A stretch of DNA of 64,000 nt from assembly GCA_051251855.1 (NCBI GenBank), contig JBPOGI010000001.1, positions 352,001-416,000 on the forward strand, given 5' to 3'. The notes under the pieces were generated by a model that ran no database searches, was not told the origin of the DNA, and saw only the letters and a program-made list of their open reading frames with translations. A program made the translations under genes and the position numbers. The DNA is from Roseibacillus sp. GTDB lineage: Bacteria; Verrucomicrobiota; Verrucomicrobiia; Verrucomicrobiales; Akkermansiaceae. Below are positions 10,466-20,743 of the stretch, in pieces (the stretch's first letter is position 1; the number at the start of each line of letters is the position of its first letter).

Positions 10466-13400
10466 CTACTCCACGATCATCTCGCCCTTCATCAGTCTCC
10501 AGTGGCCGGGGAAGGTGCAGAGGATGGGGTAGGTGCCGGGTTCGGTGGGGGCGGTGAAGGGAAGCTCGACTTTTTTACCGTAGGGAATTTGGGGGGTGGC
10601 AAAGAGGATGAGGTCGGTGTCGGGGATATAGTGTCTTTCCATGGCGTCCGGTTCGGCGGCCATAGCGTCGGCGAGGGCTCCCACTTCTTGGTCAGCTCCT
10701 TGTTGGGTGACGACGAGGTTGTGCAGCATGTGATCGTCATTCTTGAAGACGAAGTTGTATTTCTGACCGGCTTTGACTCGGATGGAGGTGACGTTGAACG
10801 CGAGCTGGGAGGGGATGGTTTTGATGTAGATTCGGTCGTCGGTGACGGTGGCGAATTCGGCTTCGTAGGCGGAGGCCCACTCCTTGTGCTGCTCTTCGTT
10901 GGCGGCATGGGTGACTCCGGAGGGAACTCCGCCGGTGAGGCTGGTGAGGTAAATTTTGGCGGTGTTCTTTCTCGGCTTGCCATTGAGGGCGGAGAAGAAT
11001 TCGATTTTGTTGAGCCCTTTTTCCAAGGTGATGCTCACCTGCCCGTCCTTGGTGTGTTGGCTGCCCGTGGCGCGGGTGATGGGGATATCATTCACGTTGA
11101 GATTGAGGACAGGGCTGCCGGTGTAGCCGAGGATAGCGGACTGGTTTTGGTCGCTTTCGATCCACATGAGACCGCCGATGCCTTCTTCGCGTTTGATCCA
11201 CTTGGTGAGGTAGCTATCGCTGGAGACTTTGAGGAGAGGGAACTCGGCGCCAAGGGGGGGCATGTTGTTAAGAGCAGCGAGCTGCTTCATCTTGTCGATG
11301 GGCGAGCCGCTCTTGGCCTCGATGCCTTGAATCAATTCTCCCCAGAAGGGATCTTCGTTTTGAAGGTAGCTTGCGGAGGAAAGGAGGCAGAGCTGGGTGC
11401 GCTCGTCGCTATCTTGGGAGAGCTTGCTGGCGATTTCCTGTGCATCGGAGCCGAGCGCGCTGGCCCAAGTGTGGAGGACACGGGCGGCGGAGCGGCGGAT
11501 GATGGGGTTGGAGGAGGCGGCTAGTTGGCGATAGAGGTCGCTTTGGCTGAAGTCTTTGAGGCGCTCGAAAATGTAGAGAAGCTCGACGCCGAGGTCCTCG
11601 TTGGAGGAGGCGGCTGCAACTTGTGATTTTGCGAAGGCGAGGACTTTGTCGTTGGGGTGGTTCTCTAATTCACCTCGGACGATTTCGCGAACGTCAATTT
11701 GGGGATGAGTGAGAAGGGTGAAGAGTTCCGCGAGGGAGGCTCCTTCGATTTGAGGGGGAGTGGAAAGAGGAGAGCCTTTCTTGGTCACGCGCCAGATACG
11801 GCCGTTCTTGTAGTCTCGGTTACGGTCGCGGATGGAGTGTTGCGCGTGGCCGATGATGGGGTAGTAGAAGTCGGAGACGTAGAGGGCTCCGTCGAGTCCG
11901 AAACGGAGGTCGACAGGGCGGAAGACTTTGTTCTTGGAGGTGAGCAGTTCGAGGGAGTTCTGGGCTTTTACGGGGGTTCCGGCTTGGAGTTCGAGGGGGG
12001 TGTAGAGAACGGCGTTCTTTCCTAACAGGTGTGCGGTAAGGACGCCGCCTTGCCATTCTTTTGGAAAGTGAGAGCCGGTGACAGTGGCGATGGAATTGCC
12101 TTTGTCGTCGCGGAAGGGCATGCCCATGTCGCCGGAGCTGGAGACGCCGACGGGGGTGCTGACGTTATAGAAGTCGCAGTCGATGATTTGGCCGCCGCCG
12201 AACATGTGGAAGGAGTCACCGGAGGTGGCATAGCTGATTTTCCACGGGTTGGGGTGGGTGGTCTGGCGAATGATGCGCAGGTCACGGGTGGCGGGGTCGA
12301 AGTAGATGGTCGCGGCGTCTTTGGTGCGCAAGGGTCCGTGTGGGGTCTCGAACTGGCCGCGATGGAAGAGGGCTTCGTCGATGATGATGTCGCCTTGAGG
12401 AGTACGTGCGAGGAAGCCGCCGTGGTGGGTGTCGGTATCATCGGCACCGCGTAGGAGTTCTTCAGTGAGGTCGGCTTTGTCGTCGCCATCGGTGTCGCGT
12501 AGCCAGAGGAATTTGCGGGCAACCGCTGCCACGATACCGTCTTTATAGAAGACGAATCCGTCGGGGAGTTTGAGGCCGTCAGCGAAGACGGTGCGCTTGT
12601 CAGCTTGGCCGTCTCCGTCGGTGTCTTCGAAGATGAGAATGGTGTCGTTGGCGAGTTCGCCGGGAAGGGGGACGGGATAACTTGCAAAGCAACAGACCCA
12701 AAGTCGGCCGCGGGCATCGAATTGGATTTGGAGAGGGTTGATGAGCTCAGGGAATTGTTCGCTGGAGGCGAAGAGATTGACCTCGAAACCGTCGGCGACA
12801 GTGAAGCCGGCGAGGTCTTGTTCGGAGGTTTGGATTGTGCCGAGTCCTTTTCTGGGCTTTTTGGCGGGGGGCTTGGCCTCGGCGGTTTCAAACTTGGGAA
12901 GAGGGAGAGCGGTTTGGAGGTTGCTCGCTTGCTTCCAAATGACTTGGTCAATCTGGTTGGCGAGTTTGAAGTGGTGGGGGATTTCTCCCGAATACTCGAA
13001 GTCGCGGCCGCGAACGCCGTAGTAGTGAATGCCGTTAGCGGGTTTGTAGGCCATGGCGACTTCGTAGGCTTTGCGGGAGACTTGTTGGCGCAGGGATTCG
13101 AAGCCCGAGCTGTCGGTGGCTACTTTGGCAACAGCTTCAGGGCTGGTGAGGGCGGCTGCGAACTCGGAGGCGAGGAGACGGTTGCCAGCCTGATTAAGGT
13201 GGAGGCCGTTGTCGGTGAGGGGGGCGGTGCTGTCGGCAAAGAGCTTTTGGCTGACTGTGAAGAGGTCGATGAAAGAGGTGCTCTTATTGGCGGCGGCTTT
13301 TCTCATGGCCTCGGTGTAGAGGGCGAGGTCAGCGTTGCGCTGGGCGGGGTCTGGGAATTGACCGGCATCAGAGGGTTCGATAGCGGTGGGGGAGACGAGA

Positions 13401-14671
13401 ACGAGTTCGGCCTTGGGATGGCGCTCGCGCATGAGGTTGAGGTAGAGACTGAGGTTTTTCTCAAAGGCGGGGAGGCCTTCGATACCCGCAAAGGATTCGT
13501 TCATGCCGAAGCACATCATGACACGGCTGGCGGAATACTGGCTCTCGAAGTAGGCGAGGTGTTCGCCGAACTTGGAAGGGCGGATGCGGAACCCGACCTC
13601 GTCGCCGGTGTAGGCGAGGGAGCGGTATTGGATGCGCTTGTTAGGTTGGGCTGATTGGAGAAGGGCTTCGAAAGTGCCGTCTTCTTGTAGGCGCTCGACG
13701 AAGCTATTGCCGTAGAAAAGGGTGACACCATCGTTCGCGATTTTCGGCACCGCCATGGGGTAGCTGGCAGCGGTGGGCTTTTTTGCAGGAGCTTTCTTTG
13801 CGGGCTCCTTTTTCGCCGGTGCCTTGCCGCTGATTTGGAAAGTTTTGATGGCGGTAGTCGCGCTGGGGACCTCTTGGCCTGCCGCCCAAAAGACGCCGTT
13901 GACCATCACGCGCATGGAATTGGGCTCGGCGAAGTCGCCCACGTGACCGAGGGAGGTGGTGAAGGTGCGTCCATCCCACTTGTTCTGCCAAGTCCAAGCC
14001 ACGACGTCGGTCATCTCGGCTTTGAGTTCGTGGGTTCCAAAGCCGTTGGAGACGGTTCCGACTCTTTTCGCCTTACCCGTTCCGACGAGGAGGGGCCGGG
14101 TGCCTTCTTGGAGGTCGGTGAGGTAAAGAGTGCCGGGAGATTTCCAATTGGCGGCCTCAACTCCAGTGAGAATGGGGTGCTTTTGCGCTCCTTCGACGGG
14201 TTTGATGTTGGTGGAGCCAGCCAAGTGAATGCGGTAAGGCGTTCCGAGGGCTTCTTTGCCGAAATCGTTGTTCCACTTTACTTGTGGATGGTCCTTGGGG
14301 TATTTGAAGCCGTGGGTGCTGGTGCGGAAGCCGACGACGGGCTTACCAGATTCGAGGTAGCTGGTGATGTGTCCGAGTTGTTGGTCGTCGAGCTTGAGAA
14401 AGCGGGTGAAGAAGATGCCGACATCGGCGTCAGCAAGGGCTTCGATGCCGGGGAGACCGCGTTTGTCCTTTTCGGGATCCCAGTCGGGGTTGATGACGGT
14501 GGTCTTGAAACCCAGTCGCTCCAGTTCGGCCGCGAAAGGAGGCATCGTCTTGTGGGGTGAGTAGTGATAGGTGCCACAGACGATGACGGCGTGGGGTTTG
14601 TCGGCGGCAGTCGCGAGAATCGTGTTGGCCAGCGAGACAAGGCTGAGGGCGAGAGTGTGAATTTTATTCAT
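10466..14671 (-). CDS. Multidomain PVC-type protein: ThuA-like + SGNH-like + dehydrogenase propeller + HEAT + C-terminal cupredoxin
   Basis: FTTSLGH (ThuA-like); YGNSF, FGMNES, DNGLH (SGNH-like); FEVNLFASSE, FRPVDLRFGLDGALYVSDFY; HNLV...CTFPGHWRLM type-1 copper motif. Confidence 0.85.
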   Translation of the reverse strand: MNKIHTLALSLVSLANTILATAADKPHAVIVCGTYHYSPHKTMPPFAAELERLGFKTTVINPDWDPEKDKRGLPGIEALADADVGIFFTRFLKLDDQQLGHITSYLESGKPVVGFRTSTHGFKYPKDHPQVKWNNDFGKEALGTPYRIHLAGSTNIKPVEGAQKHPILTGVEAANWKSPGTLYLTDLQEGTRPLLVGTGKAKRVGTVSNGFGTHELKAEMTDVVAWTWQNKWDGRTFTTSLGHVGDFAEPNSMRVMVNGVFWAAGQEVPSATTAIKTFQISGKAPAKKEPAKKAPAKKPTAASYPMAVPKIANDGVTLFYGNSFVERLQEDGTFEALLQSAQPNKRIQYRSLAYTGDEVGFRIRPSKFGEHLAYFESQYSASRVMMCFGMNESFAGIEGLPAFEKNLSLYLNLMRERHPKAELVLVSPTAIEPSDAGQFPDPAQRNADLALYTEAMRKAAANKSTSFIDLFTVSQKLFADSTAPLTDNGLHLNQAGNRLLASEFAAALTSPEAVAKVATDSSGFESLRQQVSRKAYEVAMAYKPANGIHYYGVRGRDFEYSGEIPHHFKLANQIDQVIWKQASNLQTALPLPKFETAEAKPPAKKPRKGLGTIQTSEQDLAGFTVADGFEVNLFASSEQFPELINPLQIQFDARGRLWVCCFASYPVPLPGELANDTILIFEDTDGDGQADKRTVFADGLKLPDGFVFYKDGIVAAVARKFLWLRDTDGDDKADLTEELLRGADDTDTHHGGFLARTPQGDIIIDEALFHRGQFETPHGPLRTKDAATIYFDPATRDLRIIRQTTHPNPWKISYATSGDSFHMFGGGQIIDCDFYNVSTPVGVSSSGDMGMPFRDDKGNSIATVTGSHFPKEWQGGVLTAHLLGKNAVLYTPLELQAGTPVKAQNSLELLTSKNKVFRPVDLRFGLDGALYVSDFYYPIIGHAQHSIRDRNRDYKNGRIWRVTKKGSPLSTPPQIEGASLAELFTLLTHPQIDVREIVRGELENHPNDKVLAFAKSQVAAASSNEDLGVELLYIFERLKDFSQSDLYRQLAASSNPIIRRSAARVLHTWASALGSDAQEIASKLSQDSDERTQLCLLSSASYLQNEDPFWGELIQGIEAKSGSPIDKMKQLAALNNMPPLGAEFPLLKVSSDSYLTKWIKREEGIGGLMWIESDQNQSAILGYTGSPVLNLNVNDIPITRATGSQHTKDGQVSITLEKGLNKIEFFSALNGKPRKNTAKIYLTSLTGGVPSGVTHAANEEQHKEWASAYEAEFATVTDDRIYIKTIPSQLAFNVTSIRVKAGQKYNFVFKNDDHMLHNLVVTQQGADQEVGALADAMAAEPDAMERHYIPDTDLILFATPQIPYGKKVELPFTAPTEPGTYPILCTFPGHWRLMKGEMIVE

Positions 14672-14708
14672 TGGCTTGTGAGAATGGTGAGTGATTGAAA
14701 ATTTGAGG

Positions 14709-16202
14709 CTACTTGAGGTCGCTGAATGAGAAGGGGTCGTTGTGGGCTTTCATTTCGCTGAGGAGGAGTTGCTCCATTTCTTGGAGTTTCTCGGCATGGG
14801 CTGGGTTGTCAGCGAGATTGACTTGAGATTCTGTGGGTTGAGATCCGGTGCGAGAAACCACTGCAGGGTCCTGATGCTCGGCGAGGAGTTCGTCGGGGTT
14901 TTGGTCGAGATTGAAGAGTTGGGTCTCTTTGGTTCCATTCTTGTCGGATTCGTATTTGATGAGTTTCCAGTCGCCCTTTCGAACGGCGCGCATTCCGGGT
15001 CGAGCTCCTCCGCAGTAGGCGCCGTAAAGAACGTCGCGGACGGTTTCGGTTTCGCCCTTCAGGACTTTGGTGAAGCTCTTTCCTTGGTTGGTTGCAGGCG
15101 GGGGGATGTCGGCGAGATCGCAAAGGGTGGCGAGGCTGTCGAGGAGGTAGACGTTGCCTTGCGCGCGGGTGCCGGGTTTGATGCCGGGGCCTTTCACAAT
15201 GAAGGGGACGCGCCAGGTGTGCTCGTAGAGGTTCTGCTTACCTTGCAGTCCGTGGCGACCAATAGCCATGCCGTGGTCGGCGGTGTAGATGATGTAGGTG
15301 TTGTCGAGTTCGCCCATCTCCTCGAGTTTGGCGAGGACCTTGGCGATTTGAATGTCAATGTTTTCGCTGCAAGCAAACTCGCGGCCGAGCTCGTTGCGGA
15401 TGGTGTTCTCGTCGCGGTTTTTCCACACGCCGGGGACCCTCACTTCATCGCGCACGCCTAGGTCGGTATTGTCGAAGGGGTGGGCGGGGAGATAGTTCTT
15501 GGGAAGGGAAGGTTGTTTGGGATGGGCGGCAGGGAGGCTCTCTCTATCACGATGATTGACTGCGCCATATTTGGCTAAGAGCTCTGGCTTGCCGTCACGG
15601 ACATCGTGGGGATGGGAGAAGCCGAAGTAGATGAGGAAGGGATCTTCGTCTTGGGTGGTCTCACGTTCGGCGAGGTAGTCGAGAACTTGAGTCGCGTGCC
15701 AGCCGCTGCCTTTCTCATCGCTCGCACCACGCTTGACTGCATCCCGGACGACGGTGAACTGTTGGTTAGCGGCGGCATAGCTGTTGCCCCTTTTGCAGGT
15801 GCGCATGGTGTCGTAGCCTGCGGCATTGAAGACTGCTGCAAGCGAGTGGTCAGCGAGGTCTTTGGGGACGAGGGTCTCGTCCTTTTCGTTGGGATTTCTT
15901 CCTTGTTTCGGCTTGTCGGGAATATGCCACAGAGTGCGGCCAGACATCACCATGTGACGGGAAGGAGTACAGACCCCACCACACCAGGCTCCCATCTGAT
16001 AGGCTCGATCGAGAACCACTCCTTCGGCGGCAAGGGAATCGATGGTGGGGGTTTCCAGCGGGGAAGATGAGTCGTAGACCTTGAGATCGAAGGGTGACTG
16101 ATCATCTGCGATGATAAAGAGGATGTTCGGGCGCTCTGAGGCCGAAAGGGTTAAGGCGAGAGCCAAAACGGGAGCTGTTAAGAGCGAGGTCAGTCTTTTC
16201 AT
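14709..16202 (-). CDS. Secreted Cys-type sulfatase (choline-sulfatase-like subfamily)
   Basis: PNILFIIADDQ, CTPSRHMVMSG, YTADHG, GKQNLYEH. Confidence 0.92.
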   Translation of the reverse strand: MKRLTSLLTAPVLALALTLSASERPNILFIIADDQSPFDLKVYDSSSPLETPTIDSLAAEGVVLDRAYQMGAWCGGVCTPSRHMVMSGRTLWHIPDKPKQGRNPNEKDETLVPKDLADHSLAAVFNAAGYDTMRTCKRGNSYAAANQQFTVVRDAVKRGASDEKGSGWHATQVLDYLAERETTQDEDPFLIYFGFSHPHDVRDGKPELLAKYGAVNHRDRESLPAAHPKQPSLPKNYLPAHPFDNTDLGVRDEVRVPGVWKNRDENTIRNELGREFACSENIDIQIAKVLAKLEEMGELDNTYIIYTADHGMAIGRHGLQGKQNLYEHTWRVPFIVKGPGIKPGTRAQGNVYLLDSLATLCDLADIPPPATNQGKSFTKVLKGETETVRDVLYGAYCGGARPGMRAVRKGDWKLIKYESDKNGTKETQLFNLDQNPDELLAEHQDPAVVSRTGSQPTESQVNLADNPAHAEKLQEMEQLLLSEMKAHNDPFSFSDLK

Positions 16203-16489
16203 CTAGGATTTGAGAGAAGTCTAATACTCTGTTTTTTAGCCTTACTTTCAAGGTCTAGGACTTCAAAATTGTCTTTCAATTGGAGAGGGCCTATTTCTTG
16301 AGGCTGTGGGGCAGAGTTTCGACCAATTGAGGGACGATGATGAGGGTTTTCGATAGTTCGAAGAGTGTTTTGGTGATTCGAATGAGGTTGTAGGATGGGT
16401 GATGGTGCTTTTGACTCAAAGACCTCTATTTCACAGAGAAAGGTGGGATCTTTCTGCGAAAGGGAGAGTGTTTTCGAACTGACCACATT

Positions 16490-17893
16490 ATGTGCTCTTT
16501 TATGACTTTTCCGTTGGTCGGTGTCTTCTCCTTTTTTCTGTGTGTCGCTGCCGGAGGGCGGCCACCAAACTTTGTGGTGATTTTGACAGATGACCAAGGT
16601 TACGGAGATTTGGGGTGTTATGGAGGTGAACATGTAGAGACGCCGCGTATTGATCAGATGGCGGCGGAGGGAGCGAAGTTGACCAGCTTTTATGTGGCGG
16701 CTCCAGTCTGTACTCCTTCGCGAGCCGCGCTGATGACCGGTTGCTATCCCAAGCGAATCGATATGGCGACGGGATCGAATTTTGGAGTTCTTCTTGCGGG
16801 TGATAAGAAGGGGTTGAATCCAGATGAGATAACAATTGCTGAAGTGCTGAAGGAAGCTGGCTACAGAACGGGGATGTTTGGAAAATGGCATCTTGGCGAT
16901 CAGCCCGAGTTCATGCCCACGAATCAGGGGTTTGATGAGTTTTTCGGGATTCCCTACAGCCACGACATTCATTCCTTTCATCCTCGCCAAGAGCGATTCC
17001 AGTTCCCACTTCTTCCGCTCCTCGAGGGGGTAGAAGTGGTGGAGATGGAACCTGATGCCGACTACCTGACGAAGCGCTTCACTGAGCGGGCGGTGAGCTT
17101 CATTGAGAAACATAAGGACGAGCCCTTCTTCCTTTACCTGCCACATCCGATTCCACATGCGCCTTTGCATGTCTCGCCTCCATTTATGAAAGGAGTCTCC
17201 GAGGATATTGTGGCGAAGTTGGCGAAAGAAGATGGCAATATCGATTACAGGACAAGGGATGAGCTCTTCAAGCAGGCGATTGCTGAGATTGATTGGTCCG
17301 TAGGACAAATCCTCGACACCCTCAAGGGTAACGGGCTGGATGAGAACACCCTCGTTATTTTCACTTCGGACAATGGGCCTCCGAAGAACACGATCTATGC
17401 TAGTCCCGGTGTCCTACGCGGCAACAAGGGCTCTACTTTGGAAGGAGGGATGCGCGAACCAACAGTCATCCGTTGGCCGGGAAGAATCCCCGCCGGCGGT
17501 GCTAATGACGAATTAATGACTACGATGGATCTGTTGCCTACGTTTGCGAAGCTAGCTGGGGCTGTCGTGCCCAATGATCGCGTTATTGATGGTAAAGATA
17601 TTTGGCCGACTCTGATTGGTGAAGGCAAGACCCCTCACGAGGCCTTTTTCTATCACAGCGGAAACACCTTGAGCGCGGTGAGAGCGGGGAAATGGAAACT
17701 CCACTGGAAAAAGAGAAAGCCGGCTCAGCTTTACAACTTGGAGAGCGACATTAGGGAGGAGAATAATCTTCTCGAGACTGAGCCTCAGGTTGCTCAGAGA
17801 CTTATGGGCTATTTGAAGGCATTCGAGAAAGAGATTACTGAGAATCGTCGACCAGCCGCATTCGTTGAGAAACCAGATGTCTTCTCAAAGTGA
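16490..17893 (+). CDS. Cys-type sulfatase, paralog of 5164..6507
   Basis: PNFVVILTDDQGYGD, CTPSRAALMTGCYP, GLNPDEITIAE, GKWHLG, FTSDNG; start could be 16502. Confidence 0.95.
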   Translation: MCSFMTFPLVGVFSFFLCVAAGGRPPNFVVILTDDQGYGDLGCYGGEHVETPRIDQMAAEGAKLTSFYVAAPVCTPSRAALMTGCYPKRIDMATGSNFGVLLAGDKKGLNPDEITIAEVLKEAGYRTGMFGKWHLGDQPEFMPTNQGFDEFFGIPYSHDIHSFHPRQERFQFPLLPLLEGVEVVEMEPDADYLTKRFTERAVSFIEKHKDEPFFLYLPHPIPHAPLHVSPPFMKGVSEDIVAKLAKEDGNIDYRTRDELFKQAIAEIDWSVGQILDTLKGNGLDENTLVIFTSDNGPPKNTIYASPGVLRGNKGSTLEGGMREPTVIRWPGRIPAGGANDELMTTMDLLPTFAKLAGAVVPNDRVIDGKDIWPTLIGEGKTPHEAFFYHSGNTLSAVRAGKWKLHWKKRKPAQLYNLESDIREENNLLETEPQVAQRLMGYLKAFEKEITENRRPAAFVEKPDVFSK

Positions 17894-17979
17894 TCGTAGA
17901 AAGGGTCATTTCCCCTATTTAGCTACGGCTTTTAGTTCGGAAGAACGCTGACGCATTTCGGCGAGGACTTTGGCGTGAG

Positions 17980-18170
17980 GAAGAATCTTCTGGGCTAGTT
18001 CCGGCAGGGTGTTCTTCGTAGTTGGTCGTGCTATCTCCGTCGGCATCGTCTAGTTGCGAGTCAAGGTTTCCAAAGAGGTACTGGGACCATTGCTCGAATG
18101 ACTCGCCTCCGCGGGAGAGGTTGATTCGGTTGATGAGGCTTTGGCTGGAGAAGCCGTAGTTGAAAGTGGC
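17980..18170 (-). pseudogene. Remnant C-terminal module of a secreted protein
   Basis: SFEQWSQYLFG..DDADGDSTTNYEEHPAGTSPED resembles the module ending the 6531 and 36099 proteins; no plausible start outside nnr. Confidence 0.55.
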
Positions 18171-18246
18171 TCTGCCTGCTAGGAAGGTTTCAGTGAGGAG
18201 TCGCGGGGAGACAGGGTTGGATGGGCGGTTTCCTTCAGTGGAATTA

Positions 18247-19653
18247 CTAGGAAAAGAGTTCGCCAAAGGCCAGGCCGAGAGCGTTGGCGGTATCGCTAGG
18301 GGTGAGCGACTGTTCGCTGGTTTGGGCTTTCTCAGCTGCTCGCCCACAAATCCAAGCTCCCGCGCGGCCAGCTTCGAAAGACGTTAATTTTTGAGCGAGG
18401 AGAGCCCCGATGACTCCAGAAAGAAGGTCTCCCTGACCGCCGCATGCCATCCCTGGTGTTCCCGTGGTGTTGTAGTGGAGAAATTCGCCTCGCTTTGTCA
18501 CTATGGTGCGCGCTCCTTTGAAAAGAAGAGTAGCGGGATACATCTCGGTGAAGGCTCTGGCTAGATCTGCGCGGGTGCCCGTCATTGGCAGGAGGCGCGC
18601 CAGCTCACCAGGGTGAGGGGTGGCGATGATGTTTTCGGTGAGCAGGTCGTGCCGGTTGTGGCTTGCGATTAGGTTGAGAGCGTCGGCATCGAGCACGGTC
18701 GGGAGAGAGGAGGATTCTAGCAGATTGAAGAGCGCTTCTGGATGTTCGGCTCCCAAACCTGGCCCGATTACCAGAGCGTCTGGGGCTAGTTCAAAGACTT
18801 CCGTCCAATCCTTTGCTCGTTGTCGGACCATGATTTCGGGCGAAGGGGTGGGGTGGCCTTCGGTCCAAAGGGTGATGAGTCCTGCGCCAGCCCGAAGCGC
18901 TCCTTCACTCGTTAGGGTGGCCGCTCCAAGCAATCCCGGAGAGCCAGCTATGATGGCGACTCGCCCAGCTTGCCCCTTGTGATAGGAAAAGGGACGAGGA
19001 GGGAAGAGGGGGCGGAGGCTAGAGGGGGTGATGAGTTGGTCTCCGGTTGTGGGAATAGGCAGTTCAGACAACTTAATGAGCGTCAGTCGTCCCACGAAAT
19101 CGATGGCAGAATCAACGACTAGTCCACTCTTCGGAATGCCGACTGTGAGGGTGTGATCTGCGATAACGTGACCTCTACTACCATCATCCGGATGGAGACC
19201 AGAGGGGATGTCCATGGCGATGGTACGGGCACCCTCAGCGAGCCGAAGCTGGTTCATTTCGTCGCCTAACTCTCCCAAGGACCCCTGTAAAGCTCCTTTC
19301 GCTCCGATACCTAAGAGGCCATCTAACAGTAGAAGGGGTTGTCGTGGTAGCGCTGATTCTTGCGGTTTGATAAGGCGTAGTTTTTCAAGAGTGAGTGGGG
19401 CTAACTCTTCTTCCGGAAAAGGACATCGAATCGAGGTTTGCCAGCCTGCTCTTTGCAAGTGCCGTAGCACGACGAGAGCGTCCCCGGCATTGTGTCCTTT
19501 GCCAAGAAAGGCCACGACTCGTCCGGGACTCGGGTAGTCGGACAAGATTATCCCAGCCATGACTAAGCCCACTTTTTCCATGAGTTCATCGGCATGGACG
19601 CCTTTTGCAAAGGCAGTTTTCTCAATGAGCTGAACTTGATGGGCAGTGAGCAT
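18247..19653 (-). CDS. nnr: Bifunctional NAD(P)H-hydrate epimerase/dehydratase
   Basis: GKGHNAGDA, DGLLGIG, DIPSG (YjeF_N); HKGQAG, GPGLG, LDADALN, TPHPGE, GGQGDLLSG. Confidence 0.95.
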   Translation of the reverse strand: MLTAHQVQLIEKTAFAKGVHADELMEKVGLVMAGIILSDYPSPGRVVAFLGKGHNAGDALVVLRHLQRAGWQTSIRCPFPEEELAPLTLEKLRLIKPQESALPRQPLLLLDGLLGIGAKGALQGSLGELGDEMNQLRLAEGARTIAMDIPSGLHPDDGSRGHVIADHTLTVGIPKSGLVVDSAIDFVGRLTLIKLSELPIPTTGDQLITPSSLRPLFPPRPFSYHKGQAGRVAIIAGSPGLLGAATLTSEGALRAGAGLITLWTEGHPTPSPEIMVRQRAKDWTEVFELAPDALVIGPGLGAEHPEALFNLLESSSLPTVLDADALNLIASHNRHDLLTENIIATPHPGELARLLPMTGTRADLARAFTEMYPATLLFKGARTIVTKRGEFLHYNTTGTPGMACGGQGDLLSGVIGALLAQKLTSFEAGRAGAWICGRAAEKAQTSEQSLTPSDTANALGLAFGELFS

Positions 19654-19759
19654 AGGCCTAGAGGTTAGCTGAAAAGGCGATTTTGGACGACTTTAATAGC
19701 TGCCGCGGTGCTGACCTTTCTGGCAGTCGTTCCCAGAAGCGGTTTCTTGGTCTAATTTG

Positions 19760-19791
19760 GCAAGAGCTGCGGATGAGAGGGCAAGGTAGGA
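19760..19791 (+). promoter_or_regulatory. 21-bp-period direct-repeat site (second half degenerate)
   Basis: GCAA-GAGC-TGC-N10-GCAA-GGTA-GGA upstream of USP. Confidence 0.65.
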
Positions 19792-19841
19792 AGAGTCACT
19801 GCGTGGGAAGTAAGCCAGTGTTTCGGCGAAAGGAAATGAGA

Positions 19842-20723
19842 ATGAAGAAAGTGATCGTGGTGGGAATTGATTTTTCGGAGTGTTCTCTTGGGGCGCTGCA
19901 AGAGGGCGCTCGATTGGCGAGTCTATGGGGGGGTGCGCTCCACCTTGTTCATATTGTGAATACGAAATTCTTTGAGCGAGAAGTTGATGAAAGCTATTTG
20001 ACGGAAGAAGTCGTGCTCAACGCTGCCCGAGAAGCTCTCGAGAATGTTGCAAGCGAGACCCTGGGCGCAGATGCGGCCTATCAAAGTCATGTTGCGGCGG
20101 GGCATCCCATCTACGGCCTTTTGGATCAAGTGAGTGAATTGAAGGCAGACCTTCTGGTGCTGGGGCGACAGGGAAATCATTTGAAGACTGCTCGTGATCC
20201 GGGTTCGGTTTCCCGAAGGGTCGCAACCTATGCTTCCTGTTCCGTTTTGCTGGTGGACTCCCATCGTCCTTCGTCGGAGGTGGTGCTTGCGTGTCTTGAT
20301 TTTTCAGAGTCAGCAGAGCGGGCGGTCGAGTTGGCTGCGAAGATGGCAGTGGAGTCAGGGAAGGACCTTTACCTTCTTCATATTGTTCCTTCTCTGAACG
20401 AACTCAGGGGGCCGTATTACGGACTCACCATTTTAGAAGAGAGTGATTATGAAAAATTGGTGCTCAGGGATAAGGAGAAGCTCAAAGTTTTTGCGGCCGC
20501 ACTTAAGGAGGAGCACCCTGTTCTGAGAATTGAAACGATTTTGGAGACTGGGGCTGCAATTCCATGTTTGATTTGTCGGACGACAGACCACGTTCATGCG
20601 GATCTTGTTGTCTTAGGCGCAAGCGGAAGCTCGGGCCTCATTACCAGATTTCTAGGAACCAATGCGGAGCGGGTGAACCAGGATTGCGCCTGTTCGGTTT
20701 TGACCGTTCGAGGGGAATGCTAG
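19842..20723 (+). CDS. Universal stress protein (two USP domains)
   Basis: IVVGIDFSE, DLLVLGRQG, LACLDFSE, DLVVLGASG..FLGTNAERV..CSVLTVR. Confidence 0.92.
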   Translation: MKKVIVVGIDFSECSLGALQEGARLASLWGGALHLVHIVNTKFFEREVDESYLTEEVVLNAAREALENVASETLGADAAYQSHVAAGHPIYGLLDQVSELKADLLVLGRQGNHLKTARDPGSVSRRVATYASCSVLLVDSHRPSSEVVLACLDFSESAERAVELAAKMAVESGKDLYLLHIVPSLNELRGPYYGLTILEESDYEKLVLRDKEKLKVFAAALKEEHPVLRIETILETGAAIPCLICRTTDHVHADLVVLGASGSSGLITRFLGTNAERVNQDCACSVLTVRGEC

Positions 20724-20743
20724 GTGGTGGGGATGGAGTCTTC

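Noticed and set aside
10502..14560. Several 240-350 aa plus-strand ORFs
   Set aside because: Shadows of the GC3-biased 10466..14671 gene
16199..17308. 369-aa minus-strand ORF
   Set aside because: Mostly antisense to a clear sulfatase
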